A DNA stretch of 37,387 nucleotides from Desulfuromonadales bacterium (GCA_041592975.1 JBFHOZ010000001.1:1-37387); one strand, 5' to 3'; counted from the first letter of the stretch, positions 8,840-17,801 are shown. Notes: a model not told the origin generated them from the letters alone. A program made the numbers and translations.

Positions 8840-9484
8840 TTATTCCAGAATCCTTTCCAGGCGCTCGAGGTCGTTGATGACCCGCCATTTTCCCTGACCG
8901 GTCTCGACCTTCTTCTTCCACTCCTCGAGCCGGCCCATGTACTTGCGCGGGTCCATGATGTCGCCGCGCAGCTTGGTGACGTTGAGGGCGACGACCTCGA
9001 TCCCCTGCAGCTGCAGCGGAATGTCGCGGACGTACCCCTTGGCGAGCTCCTCCTCCATGTCGGAGAAGACCAGGATCACCTTGCGTCCGGCGCCGGTCTC
9101 GTAGAGATACTCGGCCGCCTGCAGGATGCCGCCGGTGATGTCGGTGTAGGGGGCGCCCTTGACGGTCTTGACAAACTTGTCGATGTTGTCCTTGAAATCC
9201 CGCTTTTGCTGGTTGGAGACCGACGGCCGGCCGTCGAAGGTCATCTTCTGAACGATGTCCTTCTCGCTGAAGCTGCCGGTGTCGATCCGGGCGACAGCCA
9301 GCGAATCGCCCGGCTGCAGGGTGCCGAGCAGGTAGTTGATGATCGCCGCGGCCTTGTCGAGCTCCCGGGTATAGGTCCCGGAGGTGTCGAGCAGCATGTA
9401 GACCGCCTTGGAGTGGCTGGTGGTGTCGGAACAGCCGCCGGCCATGAGGACCAGACCGGCCAGCAGCAGGGATATTTTCTTCAT
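8840..9484 (-). CDS. VWA (von Willebrand factor A) domain lipoprotein
   Basis: Lipobox LMAGGC and a MIDAS-like DTSGT (AVYMLLDTSGTY), with later TDITGG and VFSDMEE. The start codon overlaps the stop of the upstream gene (ATGA, 9481-9484). Confidence 0.75.
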   Translation of the reverse strand: MKKISLLLAGLVLMAGGCSDTTSHSKAVYMLLDTSGTYTRELDKAAAIINYLLGTLQPGDSLAVARIDTGSFSEKDIVQKMTFDGRPSVSNQQKRDFKDNIDKFVKTVKGAPYTDITGGILQAAEYLYETGAGRKVILVFSDMEEELAKGYVRDIPLQLQGIEVVALNVTKLRGDIMDPRKYMGRLEEWKKKVETGQGKWRVINDLERLERILE

Positions 9485-10932
9485 GGGTGCACCTCCTCGC
9501 GATGTGGTGAATCGGGCTTGTCGTCGTGTGCGGATGCGGCTTGCCTTGCCGGTTTCGGTTCCCGGTGCAGCTTCTCCTCGATCCAGAGGGCCGGGAAGAT
9601 CAGCAGGTCGTACAGGGCGATGATCGCCTTGCCGAGATGGCTGATGATGTTGCCGGTCAGGCGCAGCACGAAGGCACCGGATCGCAGCGCCCAGGCGAGG
9701 GCGATGCCGATGACGGTCCGTGAAGAATGAATGAACGACTCGAGCGGAATGGCGACGAAGGTGAGGGCGAACGGCAGGACGAAGCCCATGACCATCTGCC
9801 CGGCGGTCGGGATAACGCTTTCGACCTGGGTCCTGACGGCCTCGGCTCCGGCCAGGGTCTGCCGGAGCGCCTCCATGTCGGCGGCGATCCGGTCGCGCAT
9901 GAAGGCGAGCGCCGACTCGACGCCGGCGAGGGTGAAGAGGATGATGAAGGAGATCCAGATCATCCGCTTGCGCATCCGGTCGTCGAGCTGGCCGATCACC
10001 GGGAAGAGGTGGGTGATGCGCAGCGACTCCATCAGGAACAGCCCCATCGAGATCTCCACCAGAATGATGACCAGGGCGGCAACATTGGAGGTCTTGAAGT
10101 TGCCGATGTAGCTGCCGCCGCCGACCATCTCCGACATCGGCAGGGCGATCAGGTTGAAGTTGATGATGGCGCCGCCGATGGCGATCAGCATGACCAGGCC
10201 GGAAATGAAGAACTGGGTCAGCGACGAGGACGAAAGGCGTCTTTCCGCCTGGTCCTCGCCGGCGCGGATCTGTTCGTATTCGTCCATCTTCGACGTGATC
10301 AGCTCAGAGCGCTCGAACAGCCCGGTGATGGTCTTGCCGACCTGCTCGAGGGTTTCGCTGAGCTTGCGCCAGACCGGCATCATCTTGTTGAGGGTCGCGT
10401 GGCGCTCCTGGCTCGCCTTGCGGAATTCGTCCATTGCCGACTTGTGGTGCTTGTCGAGGGTCCTGTTGATCTCACCGAGAATCTCGGCGACACCGCCGTC
10501 GGTGTTCGGCACCTGGGCGACCGCTTCGATGGCGGCGATCCAGGCGGGCGGCGACGGCGGCACCTCGGTGCTCTTGCGATAGTCCTCGTCGATGCGGGTG
10601 ATCAGGTCGGACATGCTGCGGTGGAAGGCGGGATAGGTCTGCAGGTCCCGCTTGACCACGGCGTCGACCCGGTGGAACTCCCGCTCCAGCTCCTTTTCGA
10701 CCGCGAGCGCCCCGGAGGCGAGCAGAACCTCGCGGTTGCGCTGCTTGAGGCGCTGCTCGGCGAGAATCAGCGACTTCGAGGCCATCCGCAGCGCCTGGGC
10801 GGCGACGCGGGTAAAGGCCTTGACCATGCGATGCATCTGCTGGCGCGCGAGGTAGAGCAGCACGAGCAGGATGATGACCAAAGCCGGCCAGGCGATGAGC
10901 GGATGCGTTTCGAGAACTGATAACAGAGACAT
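9481..10932 (-). CDS. Uncharacterised multipass membrane protein with a long helical (coiled-coil-like) cytoplasmic domain
   Basis: The ATG at 10932 follows AAGGAGG, while the track start at 10968 lacks an SD. A perfect TATAAT on the minus strand lies at 10981-10986. The protein has one N-terminal TM, about 230 aa of charged helical region, then 4-6 TM helices. I recognise no family. Confidence 0.75.
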   Translation of the reverse strand: MSLLSVLETHPLIAWPALVIILLVLLYLARQQMHRMVKAFTRVAAQALRMASKSLILAEQRLKQRNREVLLASGALAVEKELEREFHRVDAVVKRDLQTYPAFHRSMSDLITRIDEDYRKSTEVPPSPPAWIAAIEAVAQVPNTDGGVAEILGEINRTLDKHHKSAMDEFRKASQERHATLNKMMPVWRKLSETLEQVGKTITGLFERSELITSKMDEYEQIRAGEDQAERRLSSSSLTQFFISGLVMLIAIGGAIINFNLIALPMSEMVGGGSYIGNFKTSNVAALVIILVEISMGLFLMESLRITHLFPVIGQLDDRMRKRMIWISFIILFTLAGVESALAFMRDRIAADMEALRQTLAGAEAVRTQVESVIPTAGQMVMGFVLPFALTFVAIPLESFIHSSRTVIGIALAWALRSGAFVLRLTGNIISHLGKAIIALYDLLIFPALWIEEKLHREPKPARQAASAHDDKPDSPHREEVHP

Positions 10933-11148
10933 GCGAACCTCCTTGAAAAGACGCGATTCAGGATGCATCTCCTGATTTGGATTATATCTGCAAGGGGAGT
11001 TCCAGAAAATCCGGGGCAGTGAATTAAACTGCCTTCTCCCCTAATTCTCGCAGTTTTCAGGCGGTCTGCAAGGGGGCGGGTGTAATTGGTCGATTTTATT
11101 ATGGTGGAAACGGGTGAAGAGGCGGAGGGGGGGTAACATTTTTCGGCG

Positions 11149-11874
11149 TTAACCGCCGAGGTAGGCTTTCTTGACATCCGGGTTGTCCAACAGTTCCTGC
11201 CCGGTACCTTTGGCGACGATATTGCCGGTGTCGAGGACATAGCCGCGATGTGCAAGGTGCAGGGCGAGATTGGCGTTCTGTTCAACCAGGAGGATCGTCA
11301 TCCCTTCCTCATTGAGCTGCTTCAGCTTGCGAAAAAGTTCATACTTAAGGACCGGTGCGAGCCCCATAGAGGGTTCATCAAGTAGCAGGATTTCGCAGCC
11401 GGTCATGAGTGCACGGCCGACAGCGAGCATCTGCTGCTCGCCGCCACTCAATGATTCACTACGCTGATTCCGGCGTTCCTTGAGGCGGGGAAACAGATCG
11501 AAAATGCGCTCGTATTCGGAATCGAGATCGGCATCCTTCTCGCGCGCATAGGTTGCCAGCTTCAGGTTCTCCATGACTGAGAGATTGCCGAAGATTCTGC
11601 GACCCTCCGGAGAGAGGGCGAGGTTCAGTTTGCTCACCACGTCAGAAGGGCGGGTTTTAAGGATCGACTCGCCTTTGAACCGAATGTCGCCACCCACCAC
11701 GCGTGGGGCTTCCGGAGGAGCGAGACGGGCGACAGAGTAGAGGGTGGTGGTTTTGCCAGCACCGTTCGCGCCTATCAGGGTGACGATTTCGCCTTCATTG
11801 ACGTGAAAGCTGATCCCGTGCAACGCCTGGATGTTGCCGTACTTGACTTCAAGATTTTCGACTTGCAGAAGCAT
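11149..11874 (-). CDS. livF: Branched-chain amino acid ABC transporter ATP-binding protein LivF
   Basis: Walker A GANGAGKTT, signature LSGGEQQ and Walker B ILLLDEP. The ATG shares one base with the livG stop (TGATG). Confidence 0.92.
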   Translation of the reverse strand: MLLQVENLEVKYGNIQALHGISFHVNEGEIVTLIGANGAGKTTTLYSVARLAPPEAPRVVGGDIRFKGESILKTRPSDVVSKLNLALSPEGRRIFGNLSVMENLKLATYAREKDADLDSEYERIFDLFPRLKERRNQRSESLSGGEQQMLAVGRALMTGCEILLLDEPSMGLAPVLKYELFRKLKQLNEEGMTILLVEQNANLALHLAHRGYVLDTGNIVAKGTGQELLDNPDVKKAYLGG

Positions 11875-12680
11875 CAGATATTGTCATCTCCCAGATAAGC
11901 GGTAATAACCGCTTCGTTGTTGCGAATTTCATCCGGAGTGCCCTCGGCGATGGTCTCTCCGAAATCGATAACCTTGATATGGCTGCACAACTCCATGACC
12001 ACGTCCATGTGGTGCTCGATCATCCAGATGGTGACATCGAACTTTTCGTGAATCCAGCACACCAGGCGGATCAATTCCTTGACGTCGGCAGAGTTGAGGC
12101 CGGCGGCCGGTTCGTCGAGCAGCAGGAGCTTGGGGTGGGTTGACAGGGCACGGGCGATCTCCAGTTTGCGCTGGGTCCCGTAGGGCAGGTTCTTGGGGAA
12201 CTCGTCGGCAAAGCGCTTGAGGTTAAATACCTCGAGCAGTTCGTTGGCTTCCTCGGAAATCTGTGCTTCGCGCTGCTTGAAGCGTTTGGTGCGGAAGACG
12301 CTGCTGAAGAACCCGTAATTCAACCAGTAGTGCTGGGCGACGCGGATATTGTCGAGTACGGTCATGTCGTTCCAGAGGCGAATATTCTGGAAGGTGCGAG
12401 CGACACCCAGCGCGGTGACCTTGTGCGGCTTTAAGCCGGCGGTCGGTTGGCCGTTGACAAAGATCTCACCCGCAGTTGGCTGGTAAAAGCCGCTGACCAG
12501 GTTGAAAACGGTCGTTTTTCCGGCACCGTTAGGCCCGATCAGCCCGGTCAGCTGGCCTGGCATCAGCTTGAGGTTGAAGTCAGAGACGGCACGCAGGCCA
12601 CCGAACTGTTGGGTCATGCCGTGAACTTCGAGGACCGGTGTTTGCGATTGTTCGGGTGATATTGAATCTGCCATATTCAT
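11874..12680 (-). CDS. livG: Branched-chain amino acid ABC transporter ATP-binding protein LivG
   Basis: GPNGAGKTT, LPYGTQRKLEIARAL and LLLLDEPAAG, with a LivG-type C-terminus. The start is ATG 12680 or the TTG at 12695. Confidence 0.9.
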   Translation of the reverse strand: MNMADSISPEQSQTPVLEVHGMTQQFGGLRAVSDFNLKLMPGQLTGLIGPNGAGKTTVFNLVSGFYQPTAGEIFVNGQPTAGLKPHKVTALGVARTFQNIRLWNDMTVLDNIRVAQHYWLNYGFFSSVFRTKRFKQREAQISEEANELLEVFNLKRFADEFPKNLPYGTQRKLEIARALSTHPKLLLLDEPAAGLNSADVKELIRLVCWIHEKFDVTIWMIEHHMDVVMELCSHIKVIDFGETIAEGTPDEIRNNEAVITAYLGDDNI

Positions 12681-12698
12681 CGTGTCAGCCTGCAAGTC

Positions 12699-12819
12699 TT
12701 AACGCAAAGGCGCAAAAGGGTGAGGCAAGGCGCAAAGAGGTGCTTTGGTTTAAAACCACCCCTTGAGACCTTCCTGTATTCCTTGCGACTTTCATTTCAA
12801 CTCTGCGTCTTTGCGTTAA
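12699..12819. repeat. Low-GC imperfect palindromic intergenic element inside the liv operon (livM-livG spacer)
   Basis: Terminal inverted arms TTAACGCAAAGGCGCA (12699-12714) and TGCGTCTTTGCGTTAA (12804-12819) match 15/16 as complements. There is a central palindrome tggtttaaaacca and internal near-repeats gcaaaggcgcaaaaggg / gcaaggcgcaaagagg. Confidence 0.7.
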
Positions 12820-12823
12820 TTGT

Positions 12824-13894
12824 TTACTTAAACCTGTAAAACTTCTTCAGTTTCGGAAATATATCAGAGAGTTCACGGTTGCCCATGATCCCTTCGGGGC
12901 GGAACTGCATGACGATGACCAGCAGCAGCGGTATCATCACCCACTTGATGACGCCAGCCGAAGGTTCCCAGTCCGGGAAAACCATGGTCACCGGCGAGAG
13001 CAGGCCGTCAATAATGGCCTGCGAGCGCAACAGTTCCATCAACCCGGTGAACAGGATGGCAGAGAGGATCGCACCTGAAAGGGAGCCCATGCCGCCCAGG
13101 TAAACCATAACCATTGCTTCGGTCGACTTGAGGATGTTGAACGACTGCGGGTTAACGTAACCGATAATATGCGCATAGAGCCCGCCGGCACACCCGGCGA
13201 GACCGGCGGCAACCATGAAGTTGATGATCTTGATCTTGTTGGTGTTAACACTCATGATTTCGGCGGCAACTTCGTCCTGGCAGATGGCGTTGACGCCCTT
13301 GCCATAGGTGGAACTGATGAAGCGCCTGATCACCCAGACGTTGAATGCCGTGAAGAGAAGCACCCAGAAGAGCATCCACGGGCCATCGAAGATGTCGATC
13401 ATCGCCCAGACAGTATCCTTCATTCCCTGGAAACCGCGTGAACCACCGATGAAATCCATATTTTCGATCGCCGAGATGATCATGTAGTTGACGGCGATAG
13501 AAATGATCGCCAGGTAGTCATCCCGGGTCTTGAACGAAGGGATTGAGACCAGCAGCGAGGAAAGCGCGGCCACAACGCCGCCGATCAGAAGGATGACCGG
13601 AAAAACGAACGCCACCGAGGAGGCCGGCAGCAGGGGATCACCGAACTTGGTGCCGAAGCAGAAAACCGAGATGATCGAGGAGATGTAGGCGCCGACGCAC
13701 ATGAAACCGGCATGGCCGCAGGTGAACTCGCCCATGTTGCCGTTGACCAGGTTCAGGCTGGTCGACATGATTATGTTGATACCGATCGTCATAATGACGA
13801 TCTGGATATAGTTGTCGATCCAGCCGAAGTGCCCTGCAACCAGGATGAGCGCTGCGATGAAGACCATCAAAATGTTGAGAGAATATTGTCGCAT
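12824..13894 (-). CDS. livM: Branched-chain amino acid ABC transporter permease LivM
   Basis: About 10 TM helices, a LivM-like sequence pattern, and a position between livH and livG. Confidence 0.9.
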   Translation of the reverse strand: MRQYSLNILMVFIAALILVAGHFGWIDNYIQIVIMTIGINIIMSTSLNLVNGNMGEFTCGHAGFMCVGAYISSIISVFCFGTKFGDPLLPASSVAFVFPVILLIGGVVAALSSLLVSIPSFKTRDDYLAIISIAVNYMIISAIENMDFIGGSRGFQGMKDTVWAMIDIFDGPWMLFWVLLFTAFNVWVIRRFISSTYGKGVNAICQDEVAAEIMSVNTNKIKIINFMVAAGLAGCAGGLYAHIIGYVNPQSFNILKSTEAMVMVYLGGMGSLSGAILSAILFTGLMELLRSQAIIDGLLSPVTMVFPDWEPSAGVIKWVMIPLLLVIVMQFRPEGIMGNRELSDIFPKLKKFYRFK

Positions 13895-13908
13895 GGTTCA
13901 TCCCCCAA

Positions 13909-14820
13909 CTAGATCTTGGTGGATTGCGGGATGCCGAACAGGCCGGTCGGCTTTATCCACAGGATCAAGAGCAAAATGGTAAAGGCGAAGAGGTCACGAT
14001 AGGAGGACGGGAAGAACGTCACCACGCCAACCTCGATGAAGCCGAGCAAAAAACCGCCGACAAAAGCTCCCCTGATGTCACCGATACCACCAACGACGGC
14101 AGCGATAAACGCTTTCCAGCCGATCAGCATACCCATGAACGGTTCCAGCACCGGATAGCTCATGGCGAACAACAGGCCGGCGAGACCGGCGAAGCCGGAG
14201 CCGAGGACAAAGGTGATGACGATGATGTTGTCCATCGGAATCCCCATGAGAGGGATGGCAAACTTGTCGTAGGAAATGGCTCGCATCGCCATGCCGACCC
14301 TGGTCCTGGTGACCACCCAGTGCAGGAAGAGGAACACCACGATCGCTGCGGCAATGACCAGAACCTTCAGGTTTGTCACGGTTATGCCACCGACATTCCA
14401 GACCTGCTTTTCGATCAGCTCGGGGAATTTCAAGCGGCTGGCGCCAAGCACGGCCAGGTTTGAGTATTCCAGGATCAAGCCGCACATCAGGGCGGTGATG
14501 ACCACGTAGAGTCGGTGCGCGCCTTTGCGTCGCAATGGACGGTAGGCGATCCGCTCCAGGGTCACACCGACACAGGCGGTGAGGAGCATTGTCAAGGGAA
14601 CGGTGATGAGAAAGGCCCATGCCGGGGAGAGTCCGACGATGGGACCGAGCAGAAATCCGGCGACAAAGAATGAGATGTATGCACCGACCATGAAAATATC
14701 GCCATGGGCAAAGTTAATCAGGCGCAGTACACCGTACACAAGGGTGTAGCCGAGCGCGATGAGGGCGTAAAAGCTCCCCCACTGCAGAGCGTTCAAAATG
14801 TTTTGGAAAATGAAATCCAC
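13909..14820 (-). CDS. livH: Branched-chain amino acid ABC transporter permease LivH
   Basis: The GTG at 14820 is preceded by AAGGAAG and gives (M)DFIFQNILNALQWGSFYALIALGYTLVYG, the canonical LivH N-terminus. The track start at 14877 adds a non-hydrophobic extension. Confidence 0.9.
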   Translation of the reverse strand: MDFIFQNILNALQWGSFYALIALGYTLVYGVLRLINFAHGDIFMVGAYISFFVAGFLLGPIVGLSPAWAFLITVPLTMLLTACVGVTLERIAYRPLRRKGAHRLYVVITALMCGLILEYSNLAVLGASRLKFPELIEKQVWNVGGITVTNLKVLVIAAAIVVFLFLHWVVTRTRVGMAMRAISYDKFAIPLMGIPMDNIIVITFVLGSGFAGLAGLLFAMSYPVLEPFMGMLIGWKAFIAAVVGGIGDIRGAFVGGFLLGFIEVGVVTFFPSSYRDLFAFTILLLILWIKPTGLFGIPQSTKI

Positions 14821-14972
14821 CTGGGGTTCTTCCTTAAGATGATCTTTTGTGGTGCCGCTGAAGGCTCTGCGGCACAATACTTTGTTTGCCAGCCACCAAC
14901 TTTAATGCTTTTTGGTGGCTGCATCAATCCCTGTTTTATATCTCCGCCTCGGGGGTGCGGTGGTTTTGACAT

Positions 14973-15002
14973 AAAAAAGCGGGGGCCGTTAAAGGCCCCC
15001 GC
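14973..15002 (-). terminator. Intra-operon rho-independent terminator/attenuator between the binding-protein gene and livH
   Basis: The minus strand reads GCGGGGGCC-tttaac-GGCCCCCGC followed by TTTTTT, 30 nt after the stop of the substrate-binding protein gene. Confidence 0.65.
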
Positions 15003-15032
15003 ACTATCTTGACAGCCTGTATGTCGCCAATA

Positions 15033-16196
15033 TTACTCGGGGCAGACTGACTCCTCGAACTGGAAGCTGCCATCATCGGCAACTTTGACAATAACAGCAC
15101 ACTTGATCGGGTCGCCCTGCGCGTCGAACTTCGACGAACCGGTGACACCGTCAAAAGACTTGATCGCGGCCAGGCCGTCACGAATGGCAGCACGCATCTT
15201 GCGCGGGTTTTTCTCGACCTTGCCGGCGTTCTTGATGCCTTCGACCAGCAGGCCGATGGAGTCCCAGGTCAGGGCGGCGTAGTCGGCCGGCTCGGCCCCG
15301 TACTTAGCCTTGTAGCGGTCGATAAAGACCTTGGTGGCGCCCTTGGCGCCGGCGGCGGCGTAGTGGGTGGAGAAGTACTGGCCGTAGCACTGCTCACCGC
15401 AGAGTTTTACCAGGTCAGGGGTGCCCCAGGAGTCGGAACCCATGAAGGGGCCCTTGTAGCCGAGGTCACGGGCTTGCGGGATGATCAGGGCCACCTGGTT
15501 GTAGTTTTCGGGAACGAAAATGAAGTCCGGCTTGGCCGCAATAATGGTGGTCAGCTGGGCCGAGAAGTCCTGGTCCTTGGTGCCGTTGGACTCGTAAGCA
15601 ACGACCGGACCGAGCCCTTTTGCTTCCCAGGCGGACTTGAAGACTTCGGCCAGGCCGACCGAGTAGTCGTTGTTGACGTCGTAAAGAACGGCCGCTGTTT
15701 TGGCGCCAAACTTTTTGGCGGCAAAGTTTGCTACAACCGGACCCTGGAAGGGGTCAAGGAAGGCCGCGCGGAAGACCCAGGGGCGATCGAGCGTGGTGTT
15801 CGGGTTGGTCGACCAGGGGCTGATCATCGGAGTGCGGTTATCGTTGGCTGTACCGCCACCGGGAACAGCCTGCTTGGAGGAGTTGGGGCCGATGATGGCG
15901 ACGACCTGTTCCTGCTCGATAAGCTTGAGAGCCGCACTGACTGCCGATTCGGCCTTTGCTTCGTTGTCCATGTAAACAAACTCGAGCATGTACTTCTTGC
16001 CGCCGACCTCGAGGCCGCCGGCGCCGTTGATGTCTGCCAGGTACATCTCGGCAGCATTTTTCGAACCTTCCCCGACTTCCGGGATGTCACCGGTCAGGGG
16101 AATGTTGAAGCCGATCTTGATGGTGTCGGCTGCCAGCGCCTGGGACGATGCCAGGACGGTGGCGACAACGAATACGGAAAGAATCCCTCGCAACAT
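15033..16196 (-). CDS. livK: Branched-chain amino acid ABC transporter substrate-binding protein (LivK/LivJ-like, Peripla_BP_6)
   Basis: The ATG at 16196 is preceded by AAGGAGG. There is a signal peptide MLRGILSVFVVATVLASSQALA and a type I periplasmic binding fold (IKIGFNIPLTGD..., VVAIIGPNSS). Confidence 0.9.
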   Translation of the reverse strand: MLRGILSVFVVATVLASSQALAADTIKIGFNIPLTGDIPEVGEGSKNAAEMYLADINGAGGLEVGGKKYMLEFVYMDNEAKAESAVSAALKLIEQEQVVAIIGPNSSKQAVPGGGTANDNRTPMISPWSTNPNTTLDRPWVFRAAFLDPFQGPVVANFAAKKFGAKTAAVLYDVNNDYSVGLAEVFKSAWEAKGLGPVVAYESNGTKDQDFSAQLTTIIAAKPDFIFVPENYNQVALIIPQARDLGYKGPFMGSDSWGTPDLVKLCGEQCYGQYFSTHYAAAGAKGATKVFIDRYKAKYGAEPADYAALTWDSIGLLVEGIKNAGKVEKNPRKMRAAIRDGLAAIKSFDGVTGSSKFDAQGDPIKCAVIVKVADDGSFQFEESVCPE

Positions 16197-16279
16197 GATG
16201 CAACCTCCTTTGTCTGATGGATCAAATGAGGCGGGGGAAACGTCGCTGCCCCCGCCATGAAGAAACCGGATGGAAGCTT

Positions 16280-16309
16280 CTATTACACAGCAGAAAATTG
16301 AAATGTCAA
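16280..16309 (-). promoter_or_regulatory. Candidate sigma-70 promoter of the liv operon (TTGACA-18-TAATAG)
   Basis: The minus strand reads gcTTGACAtttcaattttctgctgtgTAATAGaag. A leader hairpin GGCGGGGG-N11-CCCCCGCC (16222-16248) lies between it and the SD. Confidence 0.4.
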
Positions 16310-16500
16310 GCATTTGTGGTCGCGCTGGCAACTATGTTCTCAACTGTTTCCGGATATTTATGTTACTATCTTCACCGTCGGGACGAAAGTCGCGGCATCG
16401 GCACGGACGGGCGATTCGGGACGGCGAACGTCACGGCGGCCTGTGCGCTGGCCGACGAAGAGCGTGGGAAGCCCCCCCCGTGGTGGCGGGTCGATCGGCG

Positions 16501-16529
16501 TTGCCTCAAGTATCGACGTCAGCTATATT
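16501..16529 (+). promoter_or_regulatory. Candidate sigma-70 promoter (TTGCCT-17-TATATT) of the REC-PilZ gene
   Basis: The hexamers lie at 16501-16506 and 16524-16529 with 17-nt spacing, about 105 nt upstream of ATG 16637. Confidence 0.45.
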
Positions 16530-16636
16530 TGCAGTTCTGAGCCGATGAAGGGGTGGCGACCTGCAACTGCCGGCGACTGCTTCGGAAGATTGTATCCGCT
16601 TCCGGGCCTGCAGCTTGACGCACCGGAGAATTTCTG

Positions 16637-17359
16637 ATGAAAGAGAAACACCGCCTGCTGCTGGTTGACGATATCCGCCTGATGCGGGGGATCGCCAAGA
16701 ATTATTTCAACCAGTCCGAGTTCCAGATCTCGACCGCGCGCGGCGGCCAGGAGGCGCTGCGCATGGCGGCCGCCATCCGGCCGCACCTGATCATCATCGA
16801 TGTCGACATGCCGGGAATGGACGGTGTCGAGTGCTGCCGGCGGATCAAGAACGACCCCGACCTGTTCACGACGCCGGTGATCCTGCTGGCGGAGAATGAC
16901 CGGGAGAAAATCGAGCACGGCTGGAGTTCCGGCTGCGACGGCCTGCTGGCGAGGCCGGTCGGCCGGCGCGAGCTGCTGACCGCGGCGCGCCAGTATGTCA
17001 CCCTGGCCAACCGGGCGGCACCGCGCATCGACCGCAATATCCTGGTGCGCTACGGCATGGACAAGGGGGAGGAGCGGCACGACTACGCCTGCAACCTGGG
17101 GACCGGCGGGCTATACCTGACCTCCGAGCGGATATTCGGCGAGGACGACGAGTTCGACATCGAGTTCCTCGTTCCGCGCAGCGACAGTGAAACCCGCTGC
17201 CGCGTCCGGGTCGCCTGGGTCAATCCGGCGGGCAAGTTGAAGCGGAACGACCTGCCTCCCGGAGCGGGGCTCGAGTTTGTCGACATCGACCGGGACTGCC
17301 GCTACCGCCTGCAGATGTTCGTCCTCGATTCGGCCCGCATGCAGCTCGGCGGAAAATAG
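16637..17359 (+). CDS. Response regulator receiver domain fused to a PilZ-like domain
   Basis: The N-terminal REC has LLLVDD and LIIIDVDMPGMDG, but the conserved Lys position reads ARP and the Ser/Thr position reads Ala. The C-terminal beta-barrel is PilZ-like with degenerate RxxxR / DxSxxG motifs (PRIDRN, NLGTGGLYL). Confidence 0.75.
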   Translation: MKEKHRLLLVDDIRLMRGIAKNYFNQSEFQISTARGGQEALRMAAAIRPHLIIIDVDMPGMDGVECCRRIKNDPDLFTTPVILLAENDREKIEHGWSSGCDGLLARPVGRRELLTAARQYVTLANRAAPRIDRNILVRYGMDKGEERHDYACNLGTGGLYLTSERIFGEDDEFDIEFLVPRSDSETRCRVRVAWVNPAGKLKRNDLPPGAGLEFVDIDRDCRYRLQMFVLDSARMQLGGK

Positions 17360-17432
17360 CGGCGCTTGTCGTCGCGGCGGTGTCGGGCAGGTGGCCTGGC
17401 ACTGTCGTTCTTTCATGGAGAAGGAGGGGGAA

Positions 17433-17801
17433 ATGTCTCGTAAGAAAGTTGTCGTTATTGATGATTGCGCCCTGCACCTGCAGCTGGTCAGGGATATCCT
17501 CGAACCGGCGGGGTTCGAGGTTCTGACCGCCGATTCGGGTATCGTCGCCAACACCTACATTTACACCACTCCGGTCCCGGATCTGCTGCTGGTCGATGTC
17601 GAGATGCCGATGATCAACGGCACGGAAAAGGTCCGATTGCTGAAAAAAAGGGACAAAAGCCGACATATCCCGACGTTGCTGATGTCGGCCAAGGCGCCGG
17701 AGGAGATGGCGGCGCTGACCCGTGATGCGGGCGCCGAGGGGTTTATCTGCAAGCCGTTCGACCAGGAGCAGCTGCTGTCGGTCATCTCCCGGTACCTGTG
17801 A
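17433..17801 (+). CDS. Single-domain CheY-like response regulator
   Basis: The ATG at 17433 is preceded by AAGGAGG. It carries a complete receiver signature (VVVIDD, LLLVDVEMP, LLMSAK, ICKPF). Confidence 0.88.
   Translation: MSRKKVVVIDDCALHLQLVRDILEPAGFEVLTADSGIVANTYIYTTPVPDLLLVDVEMPMINGTEKVRLLKKRDKSRHIPTLLMSAKAPEEMAALTRDAGAEGFICKPFDQEQLLSVISRYL

Noticed and set aside
9727-10920. 397-aa plus-strand ORF opposite the membrane-protein gene, and similar shadow ORFs at 5584..6801, 15363..16217, 17782..19068 and 32278..33699
   Set aside because: They have the same antisense artefact composition, and the opposite strands carry recognisable proteins.
16222-16420. TGGCAA-N5-TTCT on the plus strand (near 16336) and a leader hairpin in the livK / REC-PilZ divergent region, considered as sigma-54 promoter or riboswitch
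   Set aside because: The -12 element is not GC-containing, and no riboswitch consensus is recognisable. The hairpin is kept only as a note under the liv promoter feature.
17397-17412. TGGCAC-N5-TTCT sigma-54-like element before the CheY-like gene
   Set aside because: The essential -12 GC is missing, and the predicted start would fall inside the SD, only about 10 nt before the ATG.
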